Program-made: the position numbers and the translations under genes
Notes under the pieces: model-generated
What the model was told of the DNA's origin: nothing
Seen by the model: only the letters and a program-made list of their open reading frames with translations
The model's database searches: none
Shown here: piece by piece, positions 8,724-17,359 of the stretch
Position numbering within the stretch: the stretch's first letter is position 1
How the letters are laid out: every line of letters starts with the position of its first letter
Origin: Thermoanaerobaculia bacterium
GTDB lineage: Bacteria > Acidobacteriota > Thermoanaerobaculia > UBA5066
Reading direction: 5' to 3'
Assembly: GCA_038245905.1 (NCBI GenBank)
Contig: JBBRRY010000002.1
Location: 128,001-192,000, forward strand
Length of the DNA stretch: 64,000 bases

Positions 8724-10535
8724 ATGCACGCCCTGAGACTCCCCCGCCCGGCTTGCGTCCTCGGCCTCCTGCTTTCGCTCTCCTTCATCCCCCTCTTCGC
8801 GGCGGAGCGGCCGGCGATTCCCGTCCCGCCGGACCTCCTCACGCGGGCCGAGCTCACCGCCTTCCGGAAGACGGAGAGCCCCGAGGAGGTCCTCGCGTTC
8901 CTGGCGCGCCTCGAGAAGCTGTCACCGTATCTCCGTCTGTCTTTCATCGGGCCGAGCGAGGAGGGACGGCGCATCCCGGTCGTCGTGGCCTCGAAGGAGA
9001 AGCTGTTCGAGGCCGCCGATCGCTTCAAAAGCGCGAAGCCCGTCGTCCTCGTCGTCAACTCGATCCACGCGGGGGAGGTGGACGGCACCGACGCGACCCT
9101 GCGCCTGCTGCGCGACATCGCGCTCACTAACCGGCTCGAGCTCCTCGACGGCGTCACCCTCGTGACCGTCGTCGTCTACAACGTGGACGGGCACGCGCGC
9201 ATCTCGGCGTACAACCGCCCGAACCAGAACGGCCCGGAGGAGATGGGGTTCCGCACGAACGCGCGCGGCCTCGACCTGAACCGCGACTTCGTCAAGGCCG
9301 ACGCGAAAGAAACCCGCGCCCTTCTCGCACTCGCGGACGCGTGGAAGCCCGACCTCTTCGTGGACGACCACGTGACGGACGGCGCCGATTTCCAGGCAAC
9401 CCTCACGGTGTCGTACGCGAACGAGCCGGTCACCCCGAAGCCGATCGGGGACTGGCTGAAGGCCGTCGTCCCGAAGGCGCTGTCCGACGTCGAGAAGGAG
9501 GGCGTCGCGGTTGGCGCCGCCTACGTGGACTTTATCGACTCGCGCGATCCCATGAAGGGATTCGACTCGTCCATTTTCTCGCCCCGCTATTCCACGGGCT
9601 ATTTCCCCGTCCGCAACGTCCCATCCATTCTCGTCGAGACGCACGCGCTCAAGCCCTTCGGTGAGCGCGTGCGGGCGAACGAGCTGTTCCTGCGCGCGCT
9701 TCTCGAGCGCACGGGCCGGGCGGCGAAGGAGCTTCTCGCCGCGCGCGAGACCGCGCGCTCCCAGGCCCGGGGGATGCCCGCCGGGTCGCCCGTCGTCGTC
9801 GCCGCCGAGGGGGATCCGGCGCGGCCCGAGACGATCGCATTCCCGACTTACGAGTGGACGGAAGCCGTCTCGACCGTGACGGGCCGGCCCACCGTGCGTT
9901 TCGACGCGTCGCGCAAGAAAACGATTCACATCCCGAGCCTCGAGCACGCACGGCCCACGGTCACCGTCCCGCGCCCGGCCGCGTATCTGATTCCCGCGGG
10001 CTTCTCGAACATCGAAGAGCGCCTGAAGGCGCATGGAATCCGTTACGAAAAGCTGTCCGCCCCCCGCACCCTCGCCGTCGGAACGTACCGGGCCTCGGCG
10101 CCCGTCTTCGGAAAGGCGTCCTATCAGGGGCGCGTCCGCGTCGAAGCGACGATCGCGCGCGCCGTCGAGACCCGCACGCTGCCGGCCGGCTCGCTTTACG
10201 TACCGCTCGACACCGAGCTCGCGAACGTCGCGATCGCGATTCTCGAGCCGGAGAGCCCAGACTCCCTCTTCGCGTGGGGCGAGCTTTCCTCGTGCCTCGA
10301 AGAGAAGGAGTACATGGACACGAGGGTTCTCGATCCGCTGGCCGAGCAGATGCTCGCGAAGGATCCGAAACTCGCGTCGGAATGGAATCAGATGCTCCGG
10401 GACCCGAAGTTCGGAAGCGACGCCCGGGCGCGGCACCGCTTCTTCTACGGGAAGACGCCGTTCTTCGAGGAGACCGTCGGACTCGTGCCCATCTTCCGGC
10501 TGGACGCGCCTCTCTCGCCTCTCTCGCCTCTCTAG
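8724..10535 (+). CDS. M14 zinc carboxypeptidase-family protein
   Basis: IHAGE (HxxE), NVDGH, DLNRDF, DDHVTDG; signal peptide. Confidence 0.88.
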   Translation: MHALRLPRPACVLGLLLSLSFIPLFAAERPAIPVPPDLLTRAELTAFRKTESPEEVLAFLARLEKLSPYLRLSFIGPSEEGRRIPVVVASKEKLFEAADRFKSAKPVVLVVNSIHAGEVDGTDATLRLLRDIALTNRLELLDGVTLVTVVVYNVDGHARISAYNRPNQNGPEEMGFRTNARGLDLNRDFVKADAKETRALLALADAWKPDLFVDDHVTDGADFQATLTVSYANEPVTPKPIGDWLKAVVPKALSDVEKEGVAVGAAYVDFIDSRDPMKGFDSSIFSPRYSTGYFPVRNVPSILVETHALKPFGERVRANELFLRALLERTGRAAKELLAARETARSQARGMPAGSPVVVAAEGDPARPETIAFPTYEWTEAVSTVTGRPTVRFDASRKKTIHIPSLEHARPTVTVPRPAAYLIPAGFSNIEERLKAHGIRYEKLSAPRTLAVGTYRASAPVFGKASYQGRVRVEATIARAVETRTLPAGSLYVPLDTELANVAIAILEPESPDSLFAWGELSSCLEEKEYMDTRVLDPLAEQMLAKDPKLASEWNQMLRDPKFGSDARARHRFFYGKTPFFEETVGLVPIFRLDAPLSPLSPL

Positions 10536-10554
10536 TTTCTCAACGTTTCCGCGG

Positions 10555-11106
10555 CTAGCGGTGGAGAGGCCTCGGGCGCCGGACCAGGATGAGGCGGGCC
10601 GGCCGCCCGGCACGTTCGCAGGCGGCGCAGAGGCGCGCGCGCCCGAACGGCGAGCGCCGGGTCCACTCGGCGGTGCATCCGGGGCAGCGGTAGGCGTATC
10701 GCGCGTTCGCCTCGCGAACGCGGCGCAGCCGCTCGGTCTCCGGTGCGGTCCGGCGCGCGACCCCCAGCCTTTTCGCGAGCGCCCAGAATCGGGGGGAATG
10801 GCCTTCGGCGACGCCCCACTCGGTGAAGCAGATGGCGTGTGTGGTCTCGTGGAGAAGCGTCTGGAGACGGTCCTCCAGGGACATGTGGCTCGAGACCCGG
10901 ATCACATGGGGCGGTCCGTACGTGATGACGCCTCCGGTCGCGCGCCGCGCCGTGAGGACCACGCGCGCCGGGGGGAGCTTCCACGTGGCGGCGAGAGAAT
11001 CGTAGCGGGCCTGCAGGGCCGACTGCTCGGCGACGATCTCGGCGGGAGACGGCGGCTCTTCGAGAAAGAGGTCGAGCTGCCTGAGACGCGACCCGATCGC
11101 GCTCAT
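10555..11106 (-). CDS. SprT-like zinc metalloprotease
   Basis: TLLHETTH (HExxH), GHSPRFW, CPGC and CAAC zinc ribbon. Confidence 0.8.
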   Translation of the reverse strand: MSAIGSRLRQLDLFLEEPPSPAEIVAEQSALQARYDSLAATWKLPPARVVLTARRATGGVITYGPPHVIRVSSHMSLEDRLQTLLHETTHAICFTEWGVAEGHSPRFWALAKRLGVARRTAPETERLRRVREANARYAYRCPGCTAEWTRRSPFGRARLCAACERAGRPARLILVRRPRPLHR

Positions 11107-11134
11107 GGGGACACCTCCACCTTGACGCCCATCC

Positions 11135-11719
11135 TCACGCGCCCCACATCGCGTCGCGATGAGGAGCGAGCGACTTCTGAAGAACGAGAGCGACGACGAT
11201 GGCGGCCAGGACCGCCGCGACGAACTCGAGAAGGGGAACGGGCCGGCCGTGAAAGCTCACCGGAAGAGCGCCCTTCACGAGCCAGATCGCCGCGAGTGCG
11301 GCGCCACCGGGCCACGTCGCGCCCGTTCCGAGCGCGAGCCAGGCGAGGCCGAGCCCGAGCGCGAAGGCGACGAGGTAGGCATGCGCAATCGCGATGGCGG
11401 GCGGAGCGTCCAGCCGGGGCGCGAGAACCAGGCGGAATGCGGCGACCGGAATAGCGCCAACGGCCGCGACGACGGGCGCCGCCATCCCCGCCGGCAGCTT
11501 TTTCCGGAGCCAGCCGTAGAAAGTCCCGCGCACGATTCGTTCGAAGAGGAAGGCGCCGAGAATCGCCATGGGAGCAAACCAGAGGAGGCGCGAGGAGTCC
11601 ACGCCCTGGGAGAACGAGAGGTAATGCAGGGACCGGGCGGCGGGTAGATAGACGAGCGACACGAGGACGAGAGCCGCGGCCGCCCCGGCCGCGAGAGTCG
11701 CGTTGACTCCCGATTTCAC
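11135..11719 (-). CDS. Integral membrane protein, degenerate CPBP/CAAX-protease-like
   Basis: About 6 TM helices; FERIVRG resembles CPBP EExxFRG; TACCAT 6 nt upstream of GTG. Confidence 0.5.
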   Translation of the reverse strand: MKSGVNATLAAGAAAALVLVSLVYLPAARSLHYLSFSQGVDSSRLLWFAPMAILGAFLFERIVRGTFYGWLRKKLPAGMAAPVVAAVGAIPVAAFRLVLAPRLDAPPAIAIAHAYLVAFALGLGLAWLALGTGATWPGGAALAAIWLVKGALPVSFHGRPVPLLEFVAAVLAAIVVALVLQKSLAPHRDAMWGA

Positions 11720-11754
11720 GAACCTATGGTAGCAGGAACTACACTCGTTTCACC

Positions 11755-12666
11755 ATGAGTCACGCTCCCGTTCTGCGCGTCGCCTTCATCGGACTCGGCA
11801 CGATGGGTCAGGGAATGGCCCGGAATCTCGCGAAGGCGGGCTTCCCGCTCACCGTCGCCACGCACACGCCTGGAAAGGCCGACGGGTTTGCCCGTGCGCT
11901 CGCAGCGGACGGCTGCGACGTGCGAGCCGCCGCGACTCCCGCGGCCGCCGCCGAAGGCGCGGACGTCATCGTGTCCTCTGTCCCCGATTCCCCAGAAGTC
12001 GAAGCCGTCCATCTCGGAGCCGCCGGCACGGCCGCCGGCGCGCGCCGCGGCACGATCGTGATCGACTGCTCGACGATCGCCGCCGAAGCGGCCCGGGAGA
12101 TCGCCCGCCGGCTCCTCGAGAAAGGCATCGACTTCCTCGACGCGCCCGTCTCGGGCGGGCAGAAGGGAGCGATCGAGGGCACACTCACGTTCTTCATCGG
12201 CGGAGACCCCGCGGCGCTCGAAAAGGCTCGTCCCGTCTTTGCCGCCATGGGCCGCCGCTTGACGCCGCTCGGTCCCTCGGGCTGCGGCCAGCTCGGCAAG
12301 GCGGCAAACCAGATCCTCGTCGCGAACAACCTCATGGGCGTTTCAGAGGCTCTCGCGTTCGCCGCTCGGGCCGGGCTTCCGCTGGGGCCGCTTCACGAGG
12401 CGCTCACCGCCGGCGCCGCGAACTCGTGGGCGCTCGAGGTGCTCGGAAAGAAGATGATCGACCGCGACTTCAAGCCCGCCTTCGCCGTGAAGCACCAGCA
12501 GAAGGACCTCGCGATCGTCCTCGCGACCGCGCGCGCGCGCGGCCTGCCGCTGCCCGGCACGGCGCTCGTCCACCAGCTTCTGACCGCGCTCGAAGCCCGG
12601 GGCCAGGGGGAGGACGGCACGCAGGCGCTGCTCACGGTCTATGAAGAGATGACGCACAGGCGTTAA
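11755..12666 (+). CDS. NAD(P)-dependent oxidoreductase, 3-hydroxyisobutyrate dehydrogenase/tartronate semialdehyde reductase family
   Basis: FIGLGTMG, IDCSTI, DAPVSGG, K..NQ, HQQKDL. Confidence 0.9.
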   Translation: MSHAPVLRVAFIGLGTMGQGMARNLAKAGFPLTVATHTPGKADGFARALAADGCDVRAAATPAAAAEGADVIVSSVPDSPEVEAVHLGAAGTAAGARRGTIVIDCSTIAAEAAREIARRLLEKGIDFLDAPVSGGQKGAIEGTLTFFIGGDPAALEKARPVFAAMGRRLTPLGPSGCGQLGKAANQILVANNLMGVSEALAFAARAGLPLGPLHEALTAGAANSWALEVLGKKMIDRDFKPAFAVKHQQKDLAIVLATARARGLPLPGTALVHQLLTALEARGQGEDGTQALLTVYEEMTHRR

Positions 12667-12693
12667 GATCCCGGAAAACCGAGGGAGGACCGC

Positions 12694-13161
12694 ATGAAAC
12701 CCGTCCGTTCCGTATTCGTCGCTGCTGCCGCCGCGCTCGTCTTCGCCGCGCTCCCCACGAGCGCCGACGAAAACAAGATCGTGAAGAGCTTCCCGTTCAG
12801 CGACAAGGAAACCAAGGTGAACGTCACGGTGGGTGACGTCGTCATCGGGTCCTTCCGGATCCACCACTGGCCCGACCCCGACGACATGGCCAAGGGAGAG
12901 AAGAACCTGAACGACACGCACAAGTCGTCCGTCGAGTTCACATACGCGAACCGGGACCGCGAGAACAACTACAAGTGCCACTACACGATCGAGGTCCCCG
13001 GCGGAGCCGACGGGAAGCCCTACGCGATCACCAACGAGACGCGCACGCTCAGCAAGGGCAAGGCGGACGACACGAACAAGGTCTCGCTCAAGATGAGGAC
13101 GCACGAGTACAAGCTCGCCAAGACGATGAAGGTCACGTTCGAGATCTGGAAGAAGTCGTAG
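12694..13161 (+). CDS. Secreted hypothetical protein (paralog 1)
   Basis: GGGAGG RBS, signal peptide, strong codon bias, clear similarity to next ORF. Confidence 0.8.
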   Translation: MKPVRSVFVAAAAALVFAALPTSADENKIVKSFPFSDKETKVNVTVGDVVIGSFRIHHWPDPDDMAKGEKNLNDTHKSSVEFTYANRDRENNYKCHYTIEVPGGADGKPYAITNETRTLSKGKADDTNKVSLKMRTHEYKLAKTMKVTFEIWKKS

Positions 13162-13196
13162 CGCCCGTCCCCGATCGCCGAGAACGGAGGTTCCCC

Positions 13197-13655
13197 ATGA
13201 GCCGGTTTCGTCTGGCCGCGTGCGTGGCCCTGCTCCTCGCGTCCCCGGCGTCTCTCGCCGAGAACGCGAAGTTCGAGCGTAGCTTTCCGTTCGTGGGCGA
13301 CAAGGACGTCAAGGTCGGCATCAAGTCAGGAGACGTCACGATCGAGTCGTTCCGCATACGGCACTGGCCGAGCTCGGAAGACTTCGAAAAGGCCGGCAAG
13401 GAGCTGAACGACAAGCACACGATGGTCGTGGAGTTCCGCTACTCGAACCGGGACCGCGACAAGGACTACAAGTGCAAGTACGTGGTCACGATCCCCGGCG
13501 GCAAGGACGGCAAGCCGTTCGGCGAGAACGACCGGACGGCCACGCTCGACAAGGGAAAGGTCGACGACACGAACTCCATGTTCGTGAAGATGTACACGAA
13601 CGACTACAAGATCGCCAAGACGATCAGGATCTCTGTCGAGATCTGGAAGAAGTAG
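13197..13655 (+). CDS. Secreted hypothetical protein (paralog 2)
   Basis: GGAGG RBS before ATG 13197; signal peptide; shares SFPF, SFRI.HWP, EF.Y.NRDR, KG..DDTN, EIWKK with paralog 1. Confidence 0.8.
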   Translation: MSRFRLAACVALLLASPASLAENAKFERSFPFVGDKDVKVGIKSGDVTIESFRIRHWPSSEDFEKAGKELNDKHTMVVEFRYSNRDRDKDYKCKYVVTIPGGKDGKPFGENDRTATLDKGKVDDTNSMFVKMYTNDYKIAKTIRISVEIWKK

Positions 13656-13665
13656 CGGCGCGCCC

Positions 13666-13938
13666 TCAGGCGCATGCGCAGGCGCGCCTGCGCGCGGCTC
13701 CCTGCTGGGTTCGCCACTCGGCGCGGCGGCGGCGATAGTCCTGGTCCGCCTGGCGCGCGAGGATGCGGCGGTAGTCGGCCTTGAGACGGCCGATCTCGGT
13801 CACAAGCCGCGACGAGAGGTCCAAAGCGGCCGGAGAGGCTTCGCCGGGATCGACGGAGAGCCCCGCCAGCTCTGCCTCCCGGACCTCGATTCGCGCCCTC
13901 AAGACTCTCGCTTCGTGAAGTTCGGCCGCCGATTCCAT
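13666..13938 (-). CDS. Small helical hypothetical protein ending RRRACACA
   Basis: GAGGAAG RBS before ATG 13938; ECF-type promoter upstream. Confidence 0.5.
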   Translation of the reverse strand: MESAAELHEARVLRARIEVREAELAGLSVDPGEASPAALDLSSRLVTEIGRLKADYRRILARQADQDYRRRRAEWRTQQGAARRRACACA

Positions 13939-13989
13939 GACTTCCTCGCTCGCCTTCCCGGTCCCAGGGGGACCCGTCCTGCTCATCAA

Positions 13990-14015
13990 GACGAAATCCG
14001 GGCGAAAAAGTTTCA
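13990..14015 (-). promoter_or_regulatory. ECF-sigma (SigW/RpoE-like) promoter
   Basis: Minus strand TGAAAC-N16-CGTC upstream of the 13938 ORF. Confidence 0.55.
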
Positions 14016-14102
14016 GGTCTCTGAAGAAGCGGGATCACCGCGAGGACAAGGTCCCGCGCCCGTGATCTGCGGAATAACCGGCGAACGTACTAGCATTCAA
14101 CA

Positions 14103-14810
14103 GTGATCAACGTGAAGGCGTCCCGGTGCGTCGTTCTGTTCTCCAGGTCGTCCCAGAACGAAGGGGCCTTGAAAGGCATGCCCGGCCGCGGCCGGATCTT
14201 CGCGTTCTCCGCGTGTCGAGTGGCCGAGGCCGTACAGGCCCTAGGCGGGGTGGACCTGATTCTCGCAGGCGACGGACCGGCCCCGGAGGGAGCGCGTTTG
14301 CTGCCCCAGCGCGGTCGCGGGTTCGGCGAGCGCCTCAAGAACGTCTTCGAGGACGCGCGAGCGGCCGGCTACACGGAGATCATCACCGTTCCGGGGGACG
14401 TGCCGGGGATCTCCGCGACGCATCTCGACACCGCGTTCCGGGCGCTCGAGGCGCGCGATACCGTCCTCGGCCCGTCGGCCGACGGCGGAGTCTGGCTGAT
14501 CGGGCTTCGCGCCGGACCGACCGCTCTTTCGAATTTGTTCCAGAGAGTCCGATGGATGACCGCGAGTGTCTTTTCATCTCTCGTTCGGAACGCGCCCGAT
14601 GCGGCTCTTCTGGAAGTGCTTCTCGACGTCGATCGTCCATCCGACCTCGCGACCCTCGCGGCGGAGCAGGGTCTCGACCCGACTCTCGCCGCACTCCTCC
14701 GCTCGCTCCGGCCCGTCCCCGCCGCCCCCGAATGGGCCCGCCGGACGATTCCGCGCCGGCCCCGTCCCGTCGCTCCCTCCCGCGCGCCTCCTGCCCGGCT
14801 CGCCGCCTGA
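14103..14810 (+). CDS. DUF2064 / TIGR04282-like transferase (arsenosugar-cluster glycosyltransferase-like)
   Basis: QRGRGFGERL, GDVP, VLGPSADGGVWLIGL, DVDRPSDL; TAGCAT 6 nt upstream of GTG. Confidence 0.8.
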   Translation: MINVKASRCVVLFSRSSQNEGALKGMPGRGRIFAFSACRVAEAVQALGGVDLILAGDGPAPEGARLLPQRGRGFGERLKNVFEDARAAGYTEIITVPGDVPGISATHLDTAFRALEARDTVLGPSADGGVWLIGLRAGPTALSNLFQRVRWMTASVFSSLVRNAPDAALLEVLLDVDRPSDLATLAAEQGLDPTLAALLRSLRPVPAAPEWARRTIPRRPRPVAPSRAPPARLAA

Positions 14811-14860
14811 CGATTTTCCCCCCGCGGCCCGGACGACTCTCGAATTTCAGGAGGTTGGCG

Positions 14861-17359
14861 ATGACCGTTCTCGCGGAGCGGACCCCGCTCCACATTCCCT
14901 CGCTTCACGCGTTCCAGGAAGACGACGTCTTCTACGCCGTCGATGCCGAGGCGCCAAACTGGATCGCCACCGACGCCCGCGGCAAGCAGATCCTGCACGA
15001 GATCCGGAGCGGGGAGGACGCCGGAACGCCGCTCGCGTTCGGCTCTCTCGTGGCGCGCTGGGCCGCCGAGCATCAGCTCGAGGCGGGAAAGGCCTGGGTG
15101 CACGTTCACGATTTCCTGTGTGCTCTCGACCGGGCGGGCCTCCTTGCCGACGCGCCGTTCGTCCGCGCCCCGTATCCCGGCCGCGCCGCGCTCATCAAGC
15201 CGGCCGGACTCCACGAGCTGTGGCTGCAGATCAACAACGCCTGCAACCTCACATGCACGCACTGTCTCGTTTCGTCGGGCCCGGGCGGGGCGCCCGGCAT
15301 CGACGCCGCGGCGCTCGTGCGGCTCGTCGACCGCGCGAAAGAGCTTGGTATGGAACGCCTTTACGTCACCGGGGGCGAGCCCTTCCTCCGGAAGGACATT
15401 TTCGATCTCGCGAAACGCGCCACCGAAACCCACGGTGCCGAGATGATCATCCTCACGAATGCCACAGTTTTTTCGGGTGCCGTGAAGAAGGGACTCGAGA
15501 CGCTGGACCGCACGAAGGTGAAGTTTCAGGTGTCGATCGACGGAGCCCGCCCCGAGACGAACGACTCGATCCGCGGCGCGGGCACGTTCGACCGGGCGCT
15601 CGAAGGCGCGAAGCTCCTTTCCGGACTAGGCTTCGACGTCTCGTTGACGACGGTGACGACCGAAGAGAACCTTTCCGAGCTCGTCGAAATCCCCGCTCTC
15701 GTCAAACGCGTCGGCGCGAAGAGCCAGCACCTCATGTGGAGCCACAGGCGCGGCCGCGCGATCGACAGCGGAAACGGCTTCTTCCCGGGACACCTCGCAC
15801 TCGTCGAGGCCGTCCTCGCCGTCGTGGACGCCGCCCGGCGCGAGGAGACGACGCTCGACAACCTCGAAGCGATCAAACGGCGAGTGAACGGCGTGCCGGG
15901 CGTCAAGTACGATCTCGGAAACGCGGGATGGGACTCGATCTGCGTTTATGCTGACGGAAAAGTCTATCCGACGGCGGCCCTCGCGAACGAGCCCGCGCTC
16001 GTCTGCGGCGACGTGACGCGGCAGGATCTCGGGGACATCCTCGAATCCTCGACTGTCGTTTCGACACTTCGCGCCGCGACTCTGGCCAAGAAGCCTTCCG
16101 TGAGCTCGGACCCGTTCCGCTTCTTCACCGGCGGCGGCGACCTCGAGCACGCGTGGTGCTTCTCCGGCGGGGACTTCCACGGCGCCGATCCGTATTACCC
16201 GATCTCGGTCGCCCTCACGAAGAGCGTCATGACGACGCTCGGGCGCGAGAAGAGTATGCGCCGCAACCTTCGCTCGGGCTACGACGCGCCCCTCGTTCTC
16301 CACGCGATGGGAGAGGGCGCGATCGCCTGCGGCACCGCCGACGGCGCGGCCGCCGAGGAGCCGGTCTTGACGCTCCACTCCAACTGCGTCCTCTCTTTCG
16401 ACGTCGACAAGCCGCGCGCCAGGATGCGGGAGTTCTACGGTGCCGCCGCCGAAACGCCGCAGGCCGAGCTGTGCTGCCCCACGAAGTACGACGACTCGGC
16501 CGTCTCCCACATTCCCAAGGACGTGATCGACCGCTTCTACGGCTGTGGCTCGCCCATGACGACCGCCGGGATCCGCGAAGGCGAAATCGTCGTCGATCTC
16601 GGCTCGGGCGCCGGCATCGACGTCTTCATCGCGGCGAAGTTCGTCGGGAAAGACGGCAAGGCGATCGGCGTCGACATGACCGACCGGATGCTCTCGGTCG
16701 CGCACGAGAACAAGCCCAAGGTGGCCGCCGCGCTCGGCTACGACGTCGTCGAGTTCCGCGAGGGATTTCTCGAAGCGATCCCGGTCGAGTCGAAGACGGT
16801 CGATCTCGTCACCTCGAACTGTGTCGTGAACCTGTCGCCCGACAAGCCCCGCGTCTTCGAGGAGATCTGGCGCGTGCTGAAGGACCACGGGCGCATCGTG
16901 ATCTCGGACATCGTCTCGGAACGGGACGTTCCGCCGCATCTCAAGACGAACCCGCAGCTCTGGGGCGAGTGCCTCGTGGGGGCGCTCACGCAGGAGGGGT
17001 TCCTCGCGGGCCTCGAGCGCGCCGGATTCTACGGCCTCGAGATTCTGAAAAAGAGCTACTGGAAGGACGTCGAGGGATACCCCTTCTTCTCCGTGACCGT
17101 GCGCGGCTTCAAGTTCGAAAAAACGGCCGGCTGCGTCTTCAAGGGCCATCGTGCCGTCTACCTCGGACCGGGCAAGGCCTTTGTCGACGAGGAGGGCCAC
17201 CAGTTTCCGCGCAACGAAGCTTACGAAGTCTGCACCGACACCGTCGCGAAGCTCTCGAGCGCGCCATACAAGGGCTTTTTCGCGATTCTCGAGCCGGGAG
17301 AGGAGCGGGCGGGCTACGCGTGCTGCGCGCCAGGCGCCGATGGCACGGTGTGCTGCTGA
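14861..17359 (+). CDS. Radical SAM - ArsM-type arsenite methyltransferase fusion protein
   Basis: AGGAGG RBS; [27 protein letters not shown]; C-half [38 protein letters not shown], terminal ACC...VCC. Confidence 0.88.
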   Translation: MTVLAERTPLHIPSLHAFQEDDVFYAVDAEAPNWIATDARGKQILHEIRSGEDAGTPLAFGSLVARWAAEHQLEAGKAWVHVHDFLCALDRAGLLADAPFVRAPYPGRAALIKPAGLHELWLQINNACNLTCTHCLVSSGPGGAPGIDAAALVRLVDRAKELGMERLYVTGGEPFLRKDIFDLAKRATETHGAEMIILTNATVFSGAVKKGLETLDRTKVKFQVSIDGARPETNDSIRGAGTFDRALEGAKLLSGLGFDVSLTTVTTEENLSELVEIPALVKRVGAKSQHLMWSHRRGRAIDSGNGFFPGHLALVEAVLAVVDAARREETTLDNLEAIKRRVNGVPGVKYDLGNAGWDSICVYADGKVYPTAALANEPALVCGDVTRQDLGDILESSTVVSTLRAATLAKKPSVSSDPFRFFTGGGDLEHAWCFSGGDFHGADPYYPISVALTKSVMTTLGREKSMRRNLRSGYDAPLVLHAMGEGAIACGTADGAAAEEPVLTLHSNCVLSFDVDKPRARMREFYGAAAETPQAELCCPTKYDDSAVSHIPKDVIDRFYGCGSPMTTAGIREGEIVVDLGSGAGIDVFIAAKFVGKDGKAIGVDMTDRMLSVAHENKPKVAAALGYDVVEFREGFLEAIPVESKTVDLVTSNCVVNLSPDKPRVFEEIWRVLKDHGRIVISDIVSERDVPPHLKTNPQLWGECLVGALTQEGFLAGLERAGFYGLEILKKSYWKDVEGYPFFSVTVRGFKFEKTAGCVFKGHRAVYLGPGKAFVDEEGHQFPRNEAYEVCTDTVAKLSSAPYKGFFAILEPGEERAGYACCAPGADGTVCC

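Noticed and set aside
10510-10534. Short tandem repeat CTCTCTCGC
   Set aside because: Under three copies encoding LSPLSPL at a C-terminus; no evidence of function
14126-14860. N-terminal extension of the 1077-aa ORF
   Set aside because: Overlaps the DUF2064 gene in another frame; AGGAGG RBS supports ATG 14861
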